A stretch of 64,000 nucleotides of DNA from Orbicella franksi (Eukaryota): positions 15,314,001 through 15,378,000 of the forward strand of contig OZ116699.1 of NCBI GenBank assembly GCA_964199315.1, in the 5' to 3' direction. The notes under the pieces are model-generated. The model was not told the origin of the DNA, did no database searches, and saw only the letters and a list, made by a program, of their open reading frames with translations. The translations under genes were made by a program, and so were the position numbers. The stretch's first letter is position 1. Every line of letters begins with the position of its first letter. Below are positions 1 to 12,800 of the stretch, one piece after another.

Positions 1-38
1 CATTTCGCAGATGCTACTTATTCTCTTTTCTTACTCAC

Positions 39-1113
39 CAGAATTCCCTTCTCGTTTGGCGTCTATTGACTTCGTTGATTCAGTTCCCCAATCAAACGGT
101 TCCATATCTATCGGTTGGTCTAATGGCCTACTGAACCAGCTCTTTGTGAAAGAAGGTTGATATTCCATGCGCAAAGCAAACAGGGCGAAGCCAAGAAGAA
201 CGCAGACAAATGAAAGAAATTTGATGAGAGGAACAACATTGTTTTCCTGCAAAACAATACAAAACAAAAAAACAGTAACCTCGACATGCAGCATTCTATG
301 CAAGTAAACTCTCAAAACCCAGTGCACACAACCAGTTTTTTTTTATAAAATATCACAGAAAGACCATATGCTAAAACCAAAATTTACTCACTTATTAACC
401 GAGGTCGTTAAATAGTTGAACATACTCGACCGTTTAACTGCCTGCGAGCAGGCTCTCGTGCGTTGCGGCAGGAGCAAAGTCGATGAGCAGAGTCGCTAGA
501 GATGAGTCAGCGAGGAGAGTATTCCGGCTCGCTTGGCTCGCTGACTCTCGCTTCGTTCGCCAACGACTTTGCTCGTGCCACCAACGATGAGAGCGTGTGG
601 CTGTGTACCGTCTAACACTGAATTATTCTAGTACAAGGCTCTATAATTAGCCTTGTTTATATAACTGTACAAAGGGGTGTTGATTTCAAAATTATTTAAC
701 ATTATTATTATAAATAAGACAAAAAAGAAACAGCATTTTAACATTTAATTTTTCTTCTGTTTCTTTTTTATTTGGGCGCGGGGGGGTGGGGTCCTTTTGT
801 AGGTTTGGCTGTAAAATCTTGTAAGCTTTTCAGTTCGTATGGAAGTTTTAGCAGCTGTCATCCTTTCAACTGAATTTAGGTGTTCAGAGCGTTCTAGGGA
901 GCCATAAACGACTCAAATGTTTACTTTAAGCAATAGAGCACCACTTCATCATCTAGTAACGGAAATTTGGAAATCTTCCTGAACAAGACATATTCCAGAA
1001 TTATTTTAGAAGAATCAACTGACCTCGCTTCTCTTCTCAACAGCTGCTTCTTGAGCCACATAGAAAGCAACTATCTCTTCATTTGGTCGACACCATTTTT
1101 CTTTGGACTCCAT
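39..1113 (-). CDS. Partial gene (continues off left edge): predicted type-II single-pass membrane protein, first two coding exons
   Basis: Exon 1113-1024 (caacATGG, in-frame stop upstream; MESKEKWCRPNEEIVAFYVAQEAAVEKRSE, donor GTCAGT) joins in phase 0 to exon 246-39 (acceptor ttttgcag; ENNVVPLIKFLSFVCVLLGFALFALRMEYQPSF...EGNS, donor GTGAGT). One hydrophobic stretch near the N-terminus. Family not recognised. Confidence 0.6.
440..600. mobile_element. Palindromic MITE-like element in intron
   Basis: Starts GCCTGCGAGCAGGCTCTC; nested inverted repeats GCAAAGTCG/CGACTTTGC and GAGTCAGCGAG/CTCGCTGACTC; right end degenerate. Confidence 0.55.
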
Positions 1114-2480
1114 GTTGACGTTCAAGGTTCAAGTCTTTTTCCAAAGCTCAGACGCGACTTCCTTCCTTGGTTATTCCAGCAAGCCTTAGTGTATCATCCT
1201 GAAATCACAACACAACGAGCTTTGAGCCTCTTTTCCAGCTGGAAAACATAGCAGTATTCATAAAAACTGCATATACCGGTGGAGGAAGTATCAAGAAATG
1301 TTTGTAAAATTTTACCTAGCTGTTCACGATATATCAAGCTTAGATTCAGACACCAATTTATTGAAACGATACAAATCAAGAGAAAAAGCTCGTTCTCAAA
1401 GCAAGTCCTGGCGCCCATCCCTTCATTTGAAAATGAGATTTCATTCACATGCCGAATTAAATTCATTTTCGTATGAATGGTCGTGCATCAGGCCTCGCTT
1501 TGTTAGAGAGGCTCAAGGCAACTCGGAAATGGGCTATTCTAATACCAGAGAATTATTGCACTTGGCTTTTGAAAACAAAACAAACTACTTCGAGCTGAAA
1601 GAAGGAAAACACTCATCTATAGCAAGATTATAATTACTAGGTAAGATTTATACCACGATATTCTGACCAAGGAAAGGAATGAGCGCGTAGTTCGGGTGCC
1701 CACGCTGAGAAAGGGGGTTAAAAAATGATTTCGTTTACTCGACGAGCTCGCAGACTTTGACTCACCCAGAAATGTTCTTTAGACCTTAGGGAATAATAAT
1801 GGATGGCAGTGGAGCTGGCCAAGTGGGCCATGGAAACTTACAGTACCTCAAAGTACACCCCTCCTAAGTGTCTATGTGTTTTTAAAAGTCATCTTCACAA
1901 CACTCTGGGACGAGGGGGGAAATAGTTTATGACCTATAGCCATCAACAGATTTTGTCTAACAATACAAAATTTTCATAAGATTGAGTTCATGCCATGGAT
2001 AACATGATGATGTTTTTAATAAGTCACGTGATCAGACTATGACGTCATAAAATTGACAAAAACGGATAAAGTCAATACGGCCGAGTGCAATTTATCTGTT
2101 CACGCAATCTTAAAACGTCTTTTTGGAGAGGGCATTTTACATTTGTTCTTATTTTTGAATAAAGTTCCTTTCACTTATCAATTAAAAACTATTGAGAAAA
2201 ATATCACACTTCAGACAGAAGATACGAGGCGTTTTACATCCAAATAAAATAAAAATCTGACTACTGAAACTTTAGTTGCCTGTAGCATTGGGAAGTCCCG
2301 TCCGTAAACTGAAAAACAGGCTCATAAGTTATCTACGTCTATCTCAGGAAAAAATAAAAGTTTACTCTGCCAGATGGTCACTGCACCCATTTAGTAATCA
2401 TTTAACCTGTGCTTTTCTCATTCGTGAAAGTGAGGGGTCGCTCATCGTGCCCCTACCCGCGTATATATCCTCAAAAGTAT

Positions 2481-2482
<2 letters not shown>

Positions 2483-2519
<37 letters not shown>

Positions 2520-4191
2520 TTTAATATTTCTAAGGCGCAAATTAACATGTGAATATGATCAAATGCGCCTAACAAACCATATGAGTAATATAAATTAAAC
2601 GATATGCTATGAATAGTGTGATAAATTTAAAACTAATTATTTACAATAATTATGTACATTAGGCTAAGGTAGCGAGCTAAAAATTAAAATATTAAAAACA
2701 AGGGATCTAGTAAAAATGTATATGAAAAATCAAGAGCTATTCAAACGCTTTTCTAAATAAAAATGTCTTTAGTTTGGACTTAAAATGGTTAAAATTGTCC
2801 TCATCTGTCATTGCACATGGCAATTTGTTCCAAAGTGATGGTGCAGCAGCAGTAAATGCCCTGTCACCAAGTGTTTTCTTCGTTTTCATGGATGGTGGTA
2901 CTAATAAAACTTGAGAATTAGAGCGTAGACCATACCGGGAGGGATTTTTAACACGAATAAGATTACAAATATAGTCCGGTGCCTGGCCATGTATGGCCTT
3001 AAAAGTAATTATTAAAATCTTATAAACAATTCTGAATCTGACAGGTAACCAATGTAAAGAATATAATACAGGAGTAATGCGACTAAAACGCGGAGTCGAG
3101 CAAATTAGCCTAGCAGCTGCGTTTTGCACACATTGTAGCTTATTAATATGAGTGGTCGGTAAACCATGGAGAAGACTGTTGCAGTAATCAATGCGTCCCA
3201 TTATGGAGGCATGCACTAGCACCTTGGTAGACTCAACCGTAAGAAACTTCCTAATACGTCTAATGTTATGCAGATGATAAAAAGCAGCTTTACATGTCTT
3301 CGTAATGTGTGTCACTAGACTAAGGTTGGTATCAAACCAGGTTCCGAGGTTTCTTGCAACAGCAACAGGTGCAACACTCACATTACCCACCGATAACTTC
3401 TCGATGTCCACCTTGCTAAGCTGTTGTCGAGTACCAATTATTAAGAATTCGGTTTTGTCGTCATTTAGCTTTAACTTGTCAGTAATCATCCACGCTCTGA
3501 TTGCCTTTATGCAGAGTTCCATTGCTTCGATTGCATCAGATTGACTTGATGTGGTGTCGGGCTTGAAGGACAAATAGAGTTGCGTGTCATCTGCATACGC
3601 ATGTGCAACAGGTAGATGATCCTTTATCACCTCAAATAGCTTGCTAGAATAGATCGTAAATAGCAGGGGTCCCAGACATGAGCCTTGAGGAACCCCATGT
3701 GGCAGCTTGGAACTCTCAGAGAGACAGCCGTCTAAAAAGACGCTTTGCGATCGGTCAGAAAGGTAAGATTTAAACCACTTCAGAGCCGTTCCTGTGATAC
3801 CAAAACTCGACTGTAGACGATGAAGTAAGATTTTGTGGTCCACCGTGTCGAAAGCCGCACTGAGATCTAGAAGAACTAGAAGTGTCACGTGCTGGCGGTT
3901 CATATTCATTAGTATATCATTCTGGACTTTTAGGAGCGCCGTCTCGGTACTATGGCATTTACGATATGCAGACTGGAGTGGAGGATACAGGCCAAGATCC
4001 ATCATGTGGTTGTACGTCTGGTCAAATACAGCGCGTTCTGTCAATTTTGATAGGAATTGAAGATTACTCACAGGTCGAAGGTTTTTAAACACCGAATCAA
4101 GGCCAGCCTTCTTTAGGAGGGGGTTGACAAGAGCTTCCTTCCATTCACCAGGAAAGTAGCCTGAGAACAACGACGAGTTAACTATGCGCAT
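2483..4191 (-). mobile_element. 5'-truncated L2/CR1-group non-LTR retrotransposon (LINE) with 3' stem-loop and (ATT)n tail
   Basis: Contains the RT ORF 2737-4191, then a 3' UTR, a GGCGCA...TGCGCC stem-loop (2534-2569) and about 12 AAT units (2483-2518). No endonuclease domain or ORF1 upstream of 4191. Confidence 0.9.
2737..4191 (-). CDS. LINE ORF2 reverse transcriptase domain and C-terminus (uninterrupted 484 aa)
   Basis: Non-LTR RT motifs WKEALVNPLLKK, LRPVSNL, QSAYR, LDLSAAFDTVDH, GVPQGSCLGPLLF, YADD, LGTWFD, RIDYCNSLL. Confidence 0.95.
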   Translation of the reverse strand: MRIVNSSLFSGYFPGEWKEALVNPLLKKAGLDSVFKNLRPVSNLQFLSKLTERAVFDQTYNHMMDLGLYPPLQSAYRKCHSTETALLKVQNDILMNMNRQHVTLLVLLDLSAAFDTVDHKILLHRLQSSFGITGTALKWFKSYLSDRSQSVFLDGCLSESSKLPHGVPQGSCLGPLLFTIYSSKLFEVIKDHLPVAHAYADDTQLYLSFKPDTTSSQSDAIEAMELCIKAIRAWMITDKLKLNDDKTEFLIIGTRQQLSKVDIEKLSVGNVSVAPVAVARNLGTWFDTNLSLVTHITKTCKAAFYHLHNIRRIRKFLTVESTKVLVHASIMGRIDYCNSLLHGLPTTHINKLQCVQNAAARLICSTPRFSRITPVLYSLHWLPVRFRIVYKILIITFKAIHGQAPDYICNLIRVKNPSRYGLRSNSQVLLVPPSMKTKKTLGDRAFTAAAPSLWNKLPCAMTDEDNFNHFKSKLKTFLFRKAFE

Positions 4192-6041
4192 TTACTTAAT
4201 AAAATATGTTTGATTCTTAGCATAGTCTCTATAGAACTAGTGGCACAGAGTTATCCCCGGCCCCCACATTAGCGTTGCAGAAAACTGCCCGCTCGAGAGT
4301 TTCCACTGCCATCCGAGTATTAACTACCAAGGTCCAAGGAACAATTCTAGTGAAGTTAAAATTTGCCAGCTCTCCAAGTAAACGGGACGGCCACAGTGGG
4401 TCACGGGCACCCGAACTAGTGAGTTTGAAATCATTCGTTTCTAATCTTAACTATCCGTGATCCTCTATATTAAATTGAAGCCTGTTTGCAGTGTCACTGA
4501 GAAGTATAAAGCTGAACACGAACACGAAACTTTATAAAACAGCTCATTTTCGATGGCTTTGTTTGCCGTGGTGTAGAACCCCCAGCCGTGGTGTAGACCC
4601 GTATCAGTTTCTTTCTCCTCTTAAGTTTCCATTTTGAGCTTCTATTTAAAGGCTTCCAAACCGCGAGGTCTCAACAAAGACACATAAGCAACAAATAATT
4701 GATAAGAAAGGGGAAAAATTCAGACTTATAAATGCTCCAATGCTAAGGGAAAGATCGTTTTCAGGCGGGAGTCGACTAAGAACCTCGCGCATGATCTCGC
4801 GAGAGAATTAAAAAAAAATACTTTTGACCCCGGACACAAGTTAGTCAAGTTTTAAACTTTTCATGGTGGTAATGAGCGAAGGTCAAGAGCAAACCAATAC
4901 ATAGACCCAGCATGAAGTGTCCCTGTGGGACTAGATCTAAAATGAGGTTTCAGTCTGGGACAAAACAAATGTTAAAGCTGTTTCGCTTTCAGCCGCTTCG
5001 GACCCCATTCGCGCGAGGGGAAATTTTAATATAAGTCCTGAACTGTTTTCTCCGCTCGTATCTAGATTTTTTTTTTCACAATTTGCTTTTTTTGCGCTCT
5101 TTAAAAGGAACATATTCGTAGTTTAGACAAAGTGTCAACGAAATAAAAAATTGCGTGGGGCCAGTACTGACATTCAATATCTAGCCTGTTTTGACGAGTC
5201 AAAACTCTAGAAATAACAGAACTTGATCTACCAAATGCTGATTAAGTAAGTTGAGTTGTAAAGATCGAGTTATTGAACGTGGGTTTTCAAAACACAGGGA
5301 TATTAAACCTCTAAACCTATATAACATGTTTATTTCGTTGTATAAGATACACAGAATAATCAGTAACATATAACATAGTATGAACACTTCGGCTTCACCC
5401 TTTCATAGTACAAAAGACACGGAATGAATCAGCTGTGGAGGAGGCAGACGGACAAAGCATGTAGAATTTAAATGAAAAAGGCAAACCTTCCTATATATAC
5501 CGCACGGTACATGTACAAAGGCCGCAAGACAATATTACTGGCAACATGTTAACTAAGAAAACGTTCTCTTAGCTTGCTATTGCGGAACAAACTAATTACG
5601 TGAGGATCCAAAACCACTGAAAATATAAAGTTAGCAAAACCAACGCTGTTTGAGAAACAGGAAAGCAACTATTTATCGCTTTTACGAGGTGACAAGTTTT
5701 GGTCAGTTATCGTTTCAATCGATTTCAACTTTTACTGAACAGACCCATTTCTGTCTAAAATACGGTCAAATGCTTACTTACAATTTTTTAGTCACTTCAA
5801 CTTAGCACTCAACTCTCATTAACACCTAACCGACCATAAAGGACAACTGGAGGCGCAGTAACGTACCGTGTTAGCGCTCGAAAGAGAACTGGTGAACTGA
5901 ATTGTGATGTTTTATCGCGTGGATTTGTTTCCTGGCCTCTATTGTTCACGGTCCTAGGTTATTTTCTGATATTTCTGAACACAGTCTAAACAGTGTTGTG
6001 TGGCCTGTCGGCAACATGCAAGTACAAAAACGTCTTTATTT

Positions 6042-6462
6042 CCCCGGGGGGAGGGGGGGGCGGGCGTCTACCATGTAAAAAGGACGGGGGTGCTCGTCAT
6101 ACCTTTTGGGATAAAAAAAAACGCGGTTTTGGTACCTCTCAGGGTGTTCAGTCTCAAAACGTCCGCAGCGGAAGCTTTCGCGGTACTGTTTAGGGTATTG
6201 AGCCGAAAAAGCAACTTATATTAAACAGGATAAAGATTTATGAAAATGCTTTCATAATTACGACGAGTAGAAGTTATTGGAAGCAATCGTCTTTATCGCT
6301 ACTGAAAATCACGAGAGTGTCAGTCAATGTGTTGCTTTAGAATTGGTATCTCTTAGGGGTGAACAAAATTTCAAGCCACGCCCAAAAGACAGGATCTTGG
6401 TACCACTTAGGGGTTGTTTTCAAAATTTCCGAAGAGCATACCCGTCCTGTTTATAGGAGAGT
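6042..6462. mobile_element. MITE, inverted paralog of the element at 26724-27034
   Basis: Shares blocks such as TATTGAGCCGAAAAA, AATTGGTA.CTC, TTTCAAGCCACGCCCA and TTGGTACC with the reverse complement of 26724-27034; G/C-rich imperfect terminal inverted repeats. Confidence 0.7.
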
Positions 6463-9400
6463 TTGACCAGGAGTCTATTTTTGGAGTTATATTGCAAGAG
6501 GTCATGCCATCTTAGCGCCCTTTCAAATGCGCTTGACTGAAACACGAACGAGTACTCATATACAGAAGCCCATTACGTAATGGCTCCTACCATATGCCAA
6601 TTTCATTAGCAAAGGTTATTCATCATGTTAATCTCGTGAAAATTTGGAGCTAGAACTTAAAACCCCGCATATAACGAGTTTCCTATTCTTTTCAGGTAGT
6701 TCTGTCAAAAGAATACCCCCTTAATGTCGCTTCAAACACTTGCTAAACTGGGTACAGTCCCCGATGAGCAGAAATGTTCTGTTTCATGATATTGACACAT
6801 CTTGACAGAATTTTATCTCAAAGCTTAATCGGTTTACAACCCGATCAATTCCCTAGCCTCAACCAACACCAACTTTAGTTCTGATGTCGGTTACCCTCTA
6901 CGGTAGAGACATCCTCTAAGATCAGTTTCGATGTTCTCGTCCAATCAACTGATAGCTCGCATTCACACCCAAAGTTATCACGCAATGTGCCGCCATGAAA
7001 ATCATTGATGTTGCTAGACAACTTCTCTGCCTTTGAACATTCGAAAAAGGAAGTCGGGGTAAAAGAACTTTTAATTAAATCGTACATCAACAAATTCAAT
7101 TGCTTCGTAAGGCTTGTGAGCGTATATTAAAGTCCCTATAAAGTAGTCTTGGTTTTGTGATGTTATGCTTTAGGATGGTCGACAATTCTGCTATTTTAAG
7201 TGTAGCCTGGGTACCAGCAACGTGGAGAGAAGCTAATGAATTTTCTTTCGCCAGGCCGGAATTTCACTTTACTAACGTAAAGGATGAATCCCTTGCTTTT
7301 AACTTAATTACTACAGCACTGCGCGCAAATGGATTGAAAAGGAGCAAAATATACGCTATTATGGTTACCACCATACAGCTACTTTGATTTCCAACTTGAA
7401 ATAAAATTTGATTTAGTTTATTGTTTATCTCTTGGAAACCTCGTGGTCGCTGGTTGGAACTTAGAAATATGGTAATTTAATTTGCACTCATTATTAAAAC
7501 ACAGCACGACAAGGGAGCTTTTGTGTCTGGCGTTGCACGCGGTTTAACTTATGCACCTTTTGCTGATGGCTCTGCGCTTGTCAAGACATCTTCTAAAAGC
7601 TCAGAAACGCTGTCCAAAGTAAAACAGATGCTTTTAAAATGTCCTTGTGTTTTCTTTGTTCCTTGTTAAACACAATTATCATTCAAATAAGCTTGCCCAA
7701 CAATCGAAACTTGAATTAAAGTCGTCATGGTTTGGCTATGTTTAACACTGTTCCATGTAAAGCTTTTATGATTTTCTACAGAAACATCTGCATGCTTCGA
7801 AAAGGGCGATATAGTGCAATGAAAATAGAGAATGGTATGCTGGAGATAAATCGTCGTTTTGCGGGTACTTATTCAATGAGAAAACTTTCTAAAAATAAAT
7901 CTCCATGCACTCGTTCACTGATCTCACTCAAAACCATTGACTGATCTTCCTTCCTTGGGTCGCTTTCTACAACTGCAGAAATTATTATAAAACTACCAAA
8001 TTTCGCCGAATTCCTTAAAATGGAACCGGTCACCAAAATGATTCCACGAGATTTATACATCTCTCTAATTGGATTTTAGTTTATGGATAAACAATGTCTC
8101 GGAGTTCCTCGCTGAACTATAGTTTCTTACCTTTTATTACCGGCGATTTCCGGGAAAATCAGCGATCTTGATTTGTTGAGAAAATTCCAGTTTGGGACAA
8201 ATCAGTCCAACCACACGGGATCATTAAATCATCGTTGATAACGCACGGTTTGCGTCATTCGCTCTCGCGCTTCACACAAGTCGCTTTTTTGTCCAAAAGC
8301 TGCCAATATACGTTACCCGTTTTGAAGTCATCTGCTCTCACACCATGTGGCTGAATTATTAACAGCATTGTTTGTTTTCTGGTAGCAGTCAAGAAAACCC
8401 GTCAAAAGCAGACGGCCGTGTCAAGCACGTGACATGTTTGTACCACGTGCTTGAATATTGTGAACGCGGAGGACTGGTTACAGGTAGTCACAATTTTGTC
8501 AGCACGATATTCGATAACTTAATCGGAAAACGTTCAATCTTCTTCAGTCTTATCGACCCATGCGTGCCTCTTTGTGGCACTCTGATATTCCTTTACTCTG
8601 AACCCAGAAGTTTTCTGTCTTCTTTTTCCTGTTGAAGCGAAAAAACTGCGGCGTCGCGGCCCAAAATTTGAAAATATCTGGTAAAGGGGCAATGCGTTTT
8701 TGCTCGTTTTTTTCTTGTTTTAAAGTATGTTTTGGAGCTTTAATTTAACTTGTGTCGGATGCGCCTAGAATATGACAATGAAGCCCGTTTTAAAGCTTGA
8801 GAACTGACAGTGAATACTTGGAACTGCTGGAAAACGGTAGTGAGGTATAGCTGAGGGCTAACCAAATAATGAACAACATTCAAGCAGTTTGCAAAAGCTA
8901 CCTAAAGCCCCGCCGTTTTAAGTCTGTCTCATCCGGTGGCAGCGCTTAACATGCTTCACTGGGTTTCGTAATTTTTGTAATAAGGAGCATATCTCCCTAG
9001 ATGTCACTTTGTTTTTCTCTGTCTACTGGTACTCACTATACTCATGCCTGGCCCTCCCTCATTCGAAGGCCTCAATATAAAGCAAGGGGCAACGAACTTA
9101 TTAAAGACATCAGGCCACCTCAACTCCCACAGGGGTGACGGGTGGGGCTTATATCAGACCTAAAACGACAAAGAACCATTTTTGCAAAACGGTTTCAATC
9201 ATGTTGACAACGTGACATTCTGGCATTCTGAGCGCAAGTTCAATCAATCAATTACTTCGTCCAGTAAGCAAGACAAAAACAACCGTTTCCATATCACATC
9301 ACCATTGTCAATCGTTCTTTAAACTACACCATTAAAGTTATGCAGTAACATAACAAGCTGACTATCCCGTTTCCTGTTGTAAATGGTGCCTTACACCAAG

Positions 9401-9841
9401 CCTTGCTTGGCAGTCCGGCAGAGGACGAAACGAATCGCGAACAACTTGGCAAGCTTGAAATACTAAGGTACGCCAGCCGCGGCGTATATTCTTTGGGAAG
9501 GAATTTCGAACAATCTCAAAAACTGCTGTCATACTACATAGGTGCAATGGACTTCGAAGTTGTCTTGAAGCCACAGGAAAAATAGGGAATTTGCAGGGGA
9601 ATCCCAATTTCTTCAACCTCAAAGGGAAATTGAGTAAATTAGTTCGGGAAAACGGAAGTTCGACATAACGGGGGTAAAATTACAGAGAAAAAAATCCAAA
9701 TGCAAGGACCTTTGGATCAACTTATCGGGAGGCTCAAGAAATGCACTTCAAATTAATTATCGATCCGAACTGTTCTCGACTAGAGAAGTCTATTTCGTGG
9801 GGTGAAGTTTTCTTGGCTTTTTTCCTTTACATATAACCCAT

Positions 9842-12800
9842 TCATTCAATTAACTTCTGTTTCTCTTCTTCCTCCTCCTCCTTCCTCTTCTCCTCCTCTA
9901 GCTTTCTGCGGGGTAGCGGAAGCCACTTAGCCCCTGGTATGTATGGAGGGTCGCTGACAGCGCTTCGCTGCAGTAAGTTCCTGTCTTTAGCTTTTCTTCG
10001 CTTTTCAGCCTTGAGTAGGAATCGCTGTTCCTTTCTTTTTCTCTCGATTTCCTTGACCCACTGGAACTCGCCTGCAATCTGGCCTCGCACCTGGCTTATA
10101 AACTGTGGGTTCTTTTTCCGAGTACATTCAAATCGCGATGAGCTGATGTGCCCCTGATATTTCACCCCGCGTTTACCTAAAAATAAAACGCAAGAAGTAC
10201 GAAATTAGATTTCTTCATTTGCCCTGGTCAGAGCGAATTCAGCCGAGACAACCCGACCATTTCCTATTCCCGCTAGCCAATCAAGAAATTGCACGACCTC
10301 TCTCGCGAGGACACCGGAAGTTGTCTTGTGAGCGCATCTTTGTGAAGAAGTGAGCATACCGGACGATTTTATAAGCTGGTCGGGACGATTGGGTATAATT
10401 CTGAATAATTCACAAGGTGTAACTACCACTGTGATGTCGAATTCAGAGGCAATTACCTTTCCTGGTGATTCAACTGGAACAGTTTCGCTCCCAGGATTGC
10501 CTCAGAGATTCGCCAAATTAATCAGGCAATCAGATTTCTCGAATTCATCCTTTAATTAAGATGCAGTTCAGTTCCGTCTTCATGGCGTTTTTACCCTTTC
10601 CTCCCTTTCCCCTTGCGACCATCAGAATACACGAGTCAGACTACTCACCTCTCCTTTGCACACTAGTTGGCAGCAGGGCTGGTTGTCTGATGTGAAGTCC
10701 GACAGCATTAGGAGTGTGTGCCTTCACCGTCACTAATGACCCAACCCCTGCTGTCACAGACACCCAACCGACACTGGACAGTACTACATCAGCAGCACTA
10801 GTGTCCCAGCCGATTCCTTTGATGGTGAAGTCTTGTGAGCCTAGCGGTGGAAAAGTTTCCATGCGCTCTTTTCCACCAACGGGTATCTGTTAACAAAGGG
10901 AAGACGGGGATAAGGTTGAGACAAAACACTTAACAACATCAGAAACTGTCTTGGGTGCAAAAAAAACAAACAAACAAACAATTTACCTAGTACTAAATTC
11001 AATTATTATAGGACGAATTACGTCCCGACTGTTGCACCTTAAAAAAGAAACTGTGCACCCCTTGGCCATCTTTGATGTCAAAAATGCGACTTTGTAGTTA
11101 GTATTCAGCAAAAGGCAAAAAGGGTAACGTAAAACGTTCAAAGTATTGTTCCCTCGTTATCTCTCTCAGCCTTTCACAATCTTAGCCATCTTTATTCTAG
11201 TTTTGCTTTCGCTGTTTTCTAACTGGTAAAGCATAATTATTTTGAGGATACGTTAATTTGTGAATCGTAAAAAGTGACTTAACAAGAAACTAGAACAAAA
11301 TCTCCCTACATGTATTTTCATTGGCGTCTTGTACACAATTTTCAGGAAAACACTTCACTGCCATAGAACTTTGTTGGTACTTCTAGAAATACGCCTTAAC
11401 ATTCAACTCACCATGTGAGCTTCTGCTCGTTATCAAGCAAACCTTTGCTACACATGAAAATGTAGGTACAAAAGTTTAGTGTCCCAGCCTCCTCCCTTCA
11501 GTAGCAGAGATCTTCCTCCACGTTGCATCTTTTCAAACGTGTGTAAACGTGACTTAAATGTTAAAGTCCAGTTTAACAAAAGAAAATTTTTTTTACTGCT
11601 TGGTGTATCAAGACTATATACCCTTATCTGACGAATTTCTATATTTTCATTATCAGTCTGCTTGGAAATATTTGATATTGTAGGGAGAAATTAGGAATTC
11701 GTTCTTAGAAAAGAATCTTACCCCAAGTAGTTCTGTTCCAGCATGTTTGCTGTACACTTCATCAGCGCGCTCTTCACTGCAGACGTGAACTGGCAAGTTA
11801 GGAGATGCCACCACAGTAAAGAACACAGACTCGATCGCCTGGAACAGTGGAATGAAAAAACTAAATTAACCATCAACAGTTTCAAGCACAATACATACAC
11901 ACTAAATAAACTTATCATTTTCCCAAACATTCTTTTTGCTAGTGGTATGGTACAATCCTCTTCCTAAATGAAAATAAGATTCTGTGGTCCCTACACAAGA
12001 GATAATTGGTAAGCCACTAATTCTCATTTATATTTTCCAATCAGAAAACACGTGTACATTGCAGGCCAAATGCCACCTAATGAGGGCCGAGTAAAATGAT
12101 CATTTAATTAGAGAAGCTCTATTTTGTTTTGTTTTTGGTTGTCTACCAGTTGGGTTGGAATAGAGGTACAATTTGTCGTCTCTTAGACTCAGTTGTATTT
12201 GCTGCCAGCTCCGTAATGGCAACAACTAATGTCTACTAAACAACACACCTTTGGAATTGTGTCCCACTCACTGTCACTGTGTTGCTTTTTTCTTTTTATC
12301 TTTGTGACGAGGAATAAAAAAAGAAAGTTTTATTAAGTAACTGAAAGCAAATAGCCACTAACTGCACAGCAGTCTTGATCCTTGACTCTGATGAAAAACA
12401 GGATAAAGGTCATGGAGTCAACATTTAAAAAAGGAATACAAAGCTTCATGTGTCTTCTAATGAAATTAAATTTTGTGTGTTCCCTAGCCCTGACCCTCAG
12501 TGACGTTACGGTGTTCTAACATAGTGTACATGTACTTGAATTTCAAGAGCAGATCTAACTGTATTACTTTACAACAAACTGCATTTTACAGCACCTCAAG
12601 ATAGTCCACTCTGGCCAGGCCACCTAAAAGTAAGGAGTGACCCGGTTTGAGAATAAAGGTCCTGGGTACAAACCATAGGGTTGGATTCAAACGTCTTATC
12701 TCCTCCATTGTCAGCAGATTAGTTATCTGTCAAAATGATCAAACTCAAACGTGTAATCAAGGCAAGTTAGGATACAAAGACTTACTTCTGATATCTTCAT

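Noticed and set aside
9037-9159. Minus-strand segment with a good acceptor and GTGAGT donor downstream of NOA1
   Set aside because: Stops in all three frames, so it is not a coding exon; a UTR role cannot be judged without RNA data.
10205-10429. ORF in NOA1 intron 5 containing QFLDWLAGIGNG, reminiscent of a Helitron helicase motif
   Set aside because: No adjacent NMR or other helicase motifs; a single short similarity is compatible with chance.
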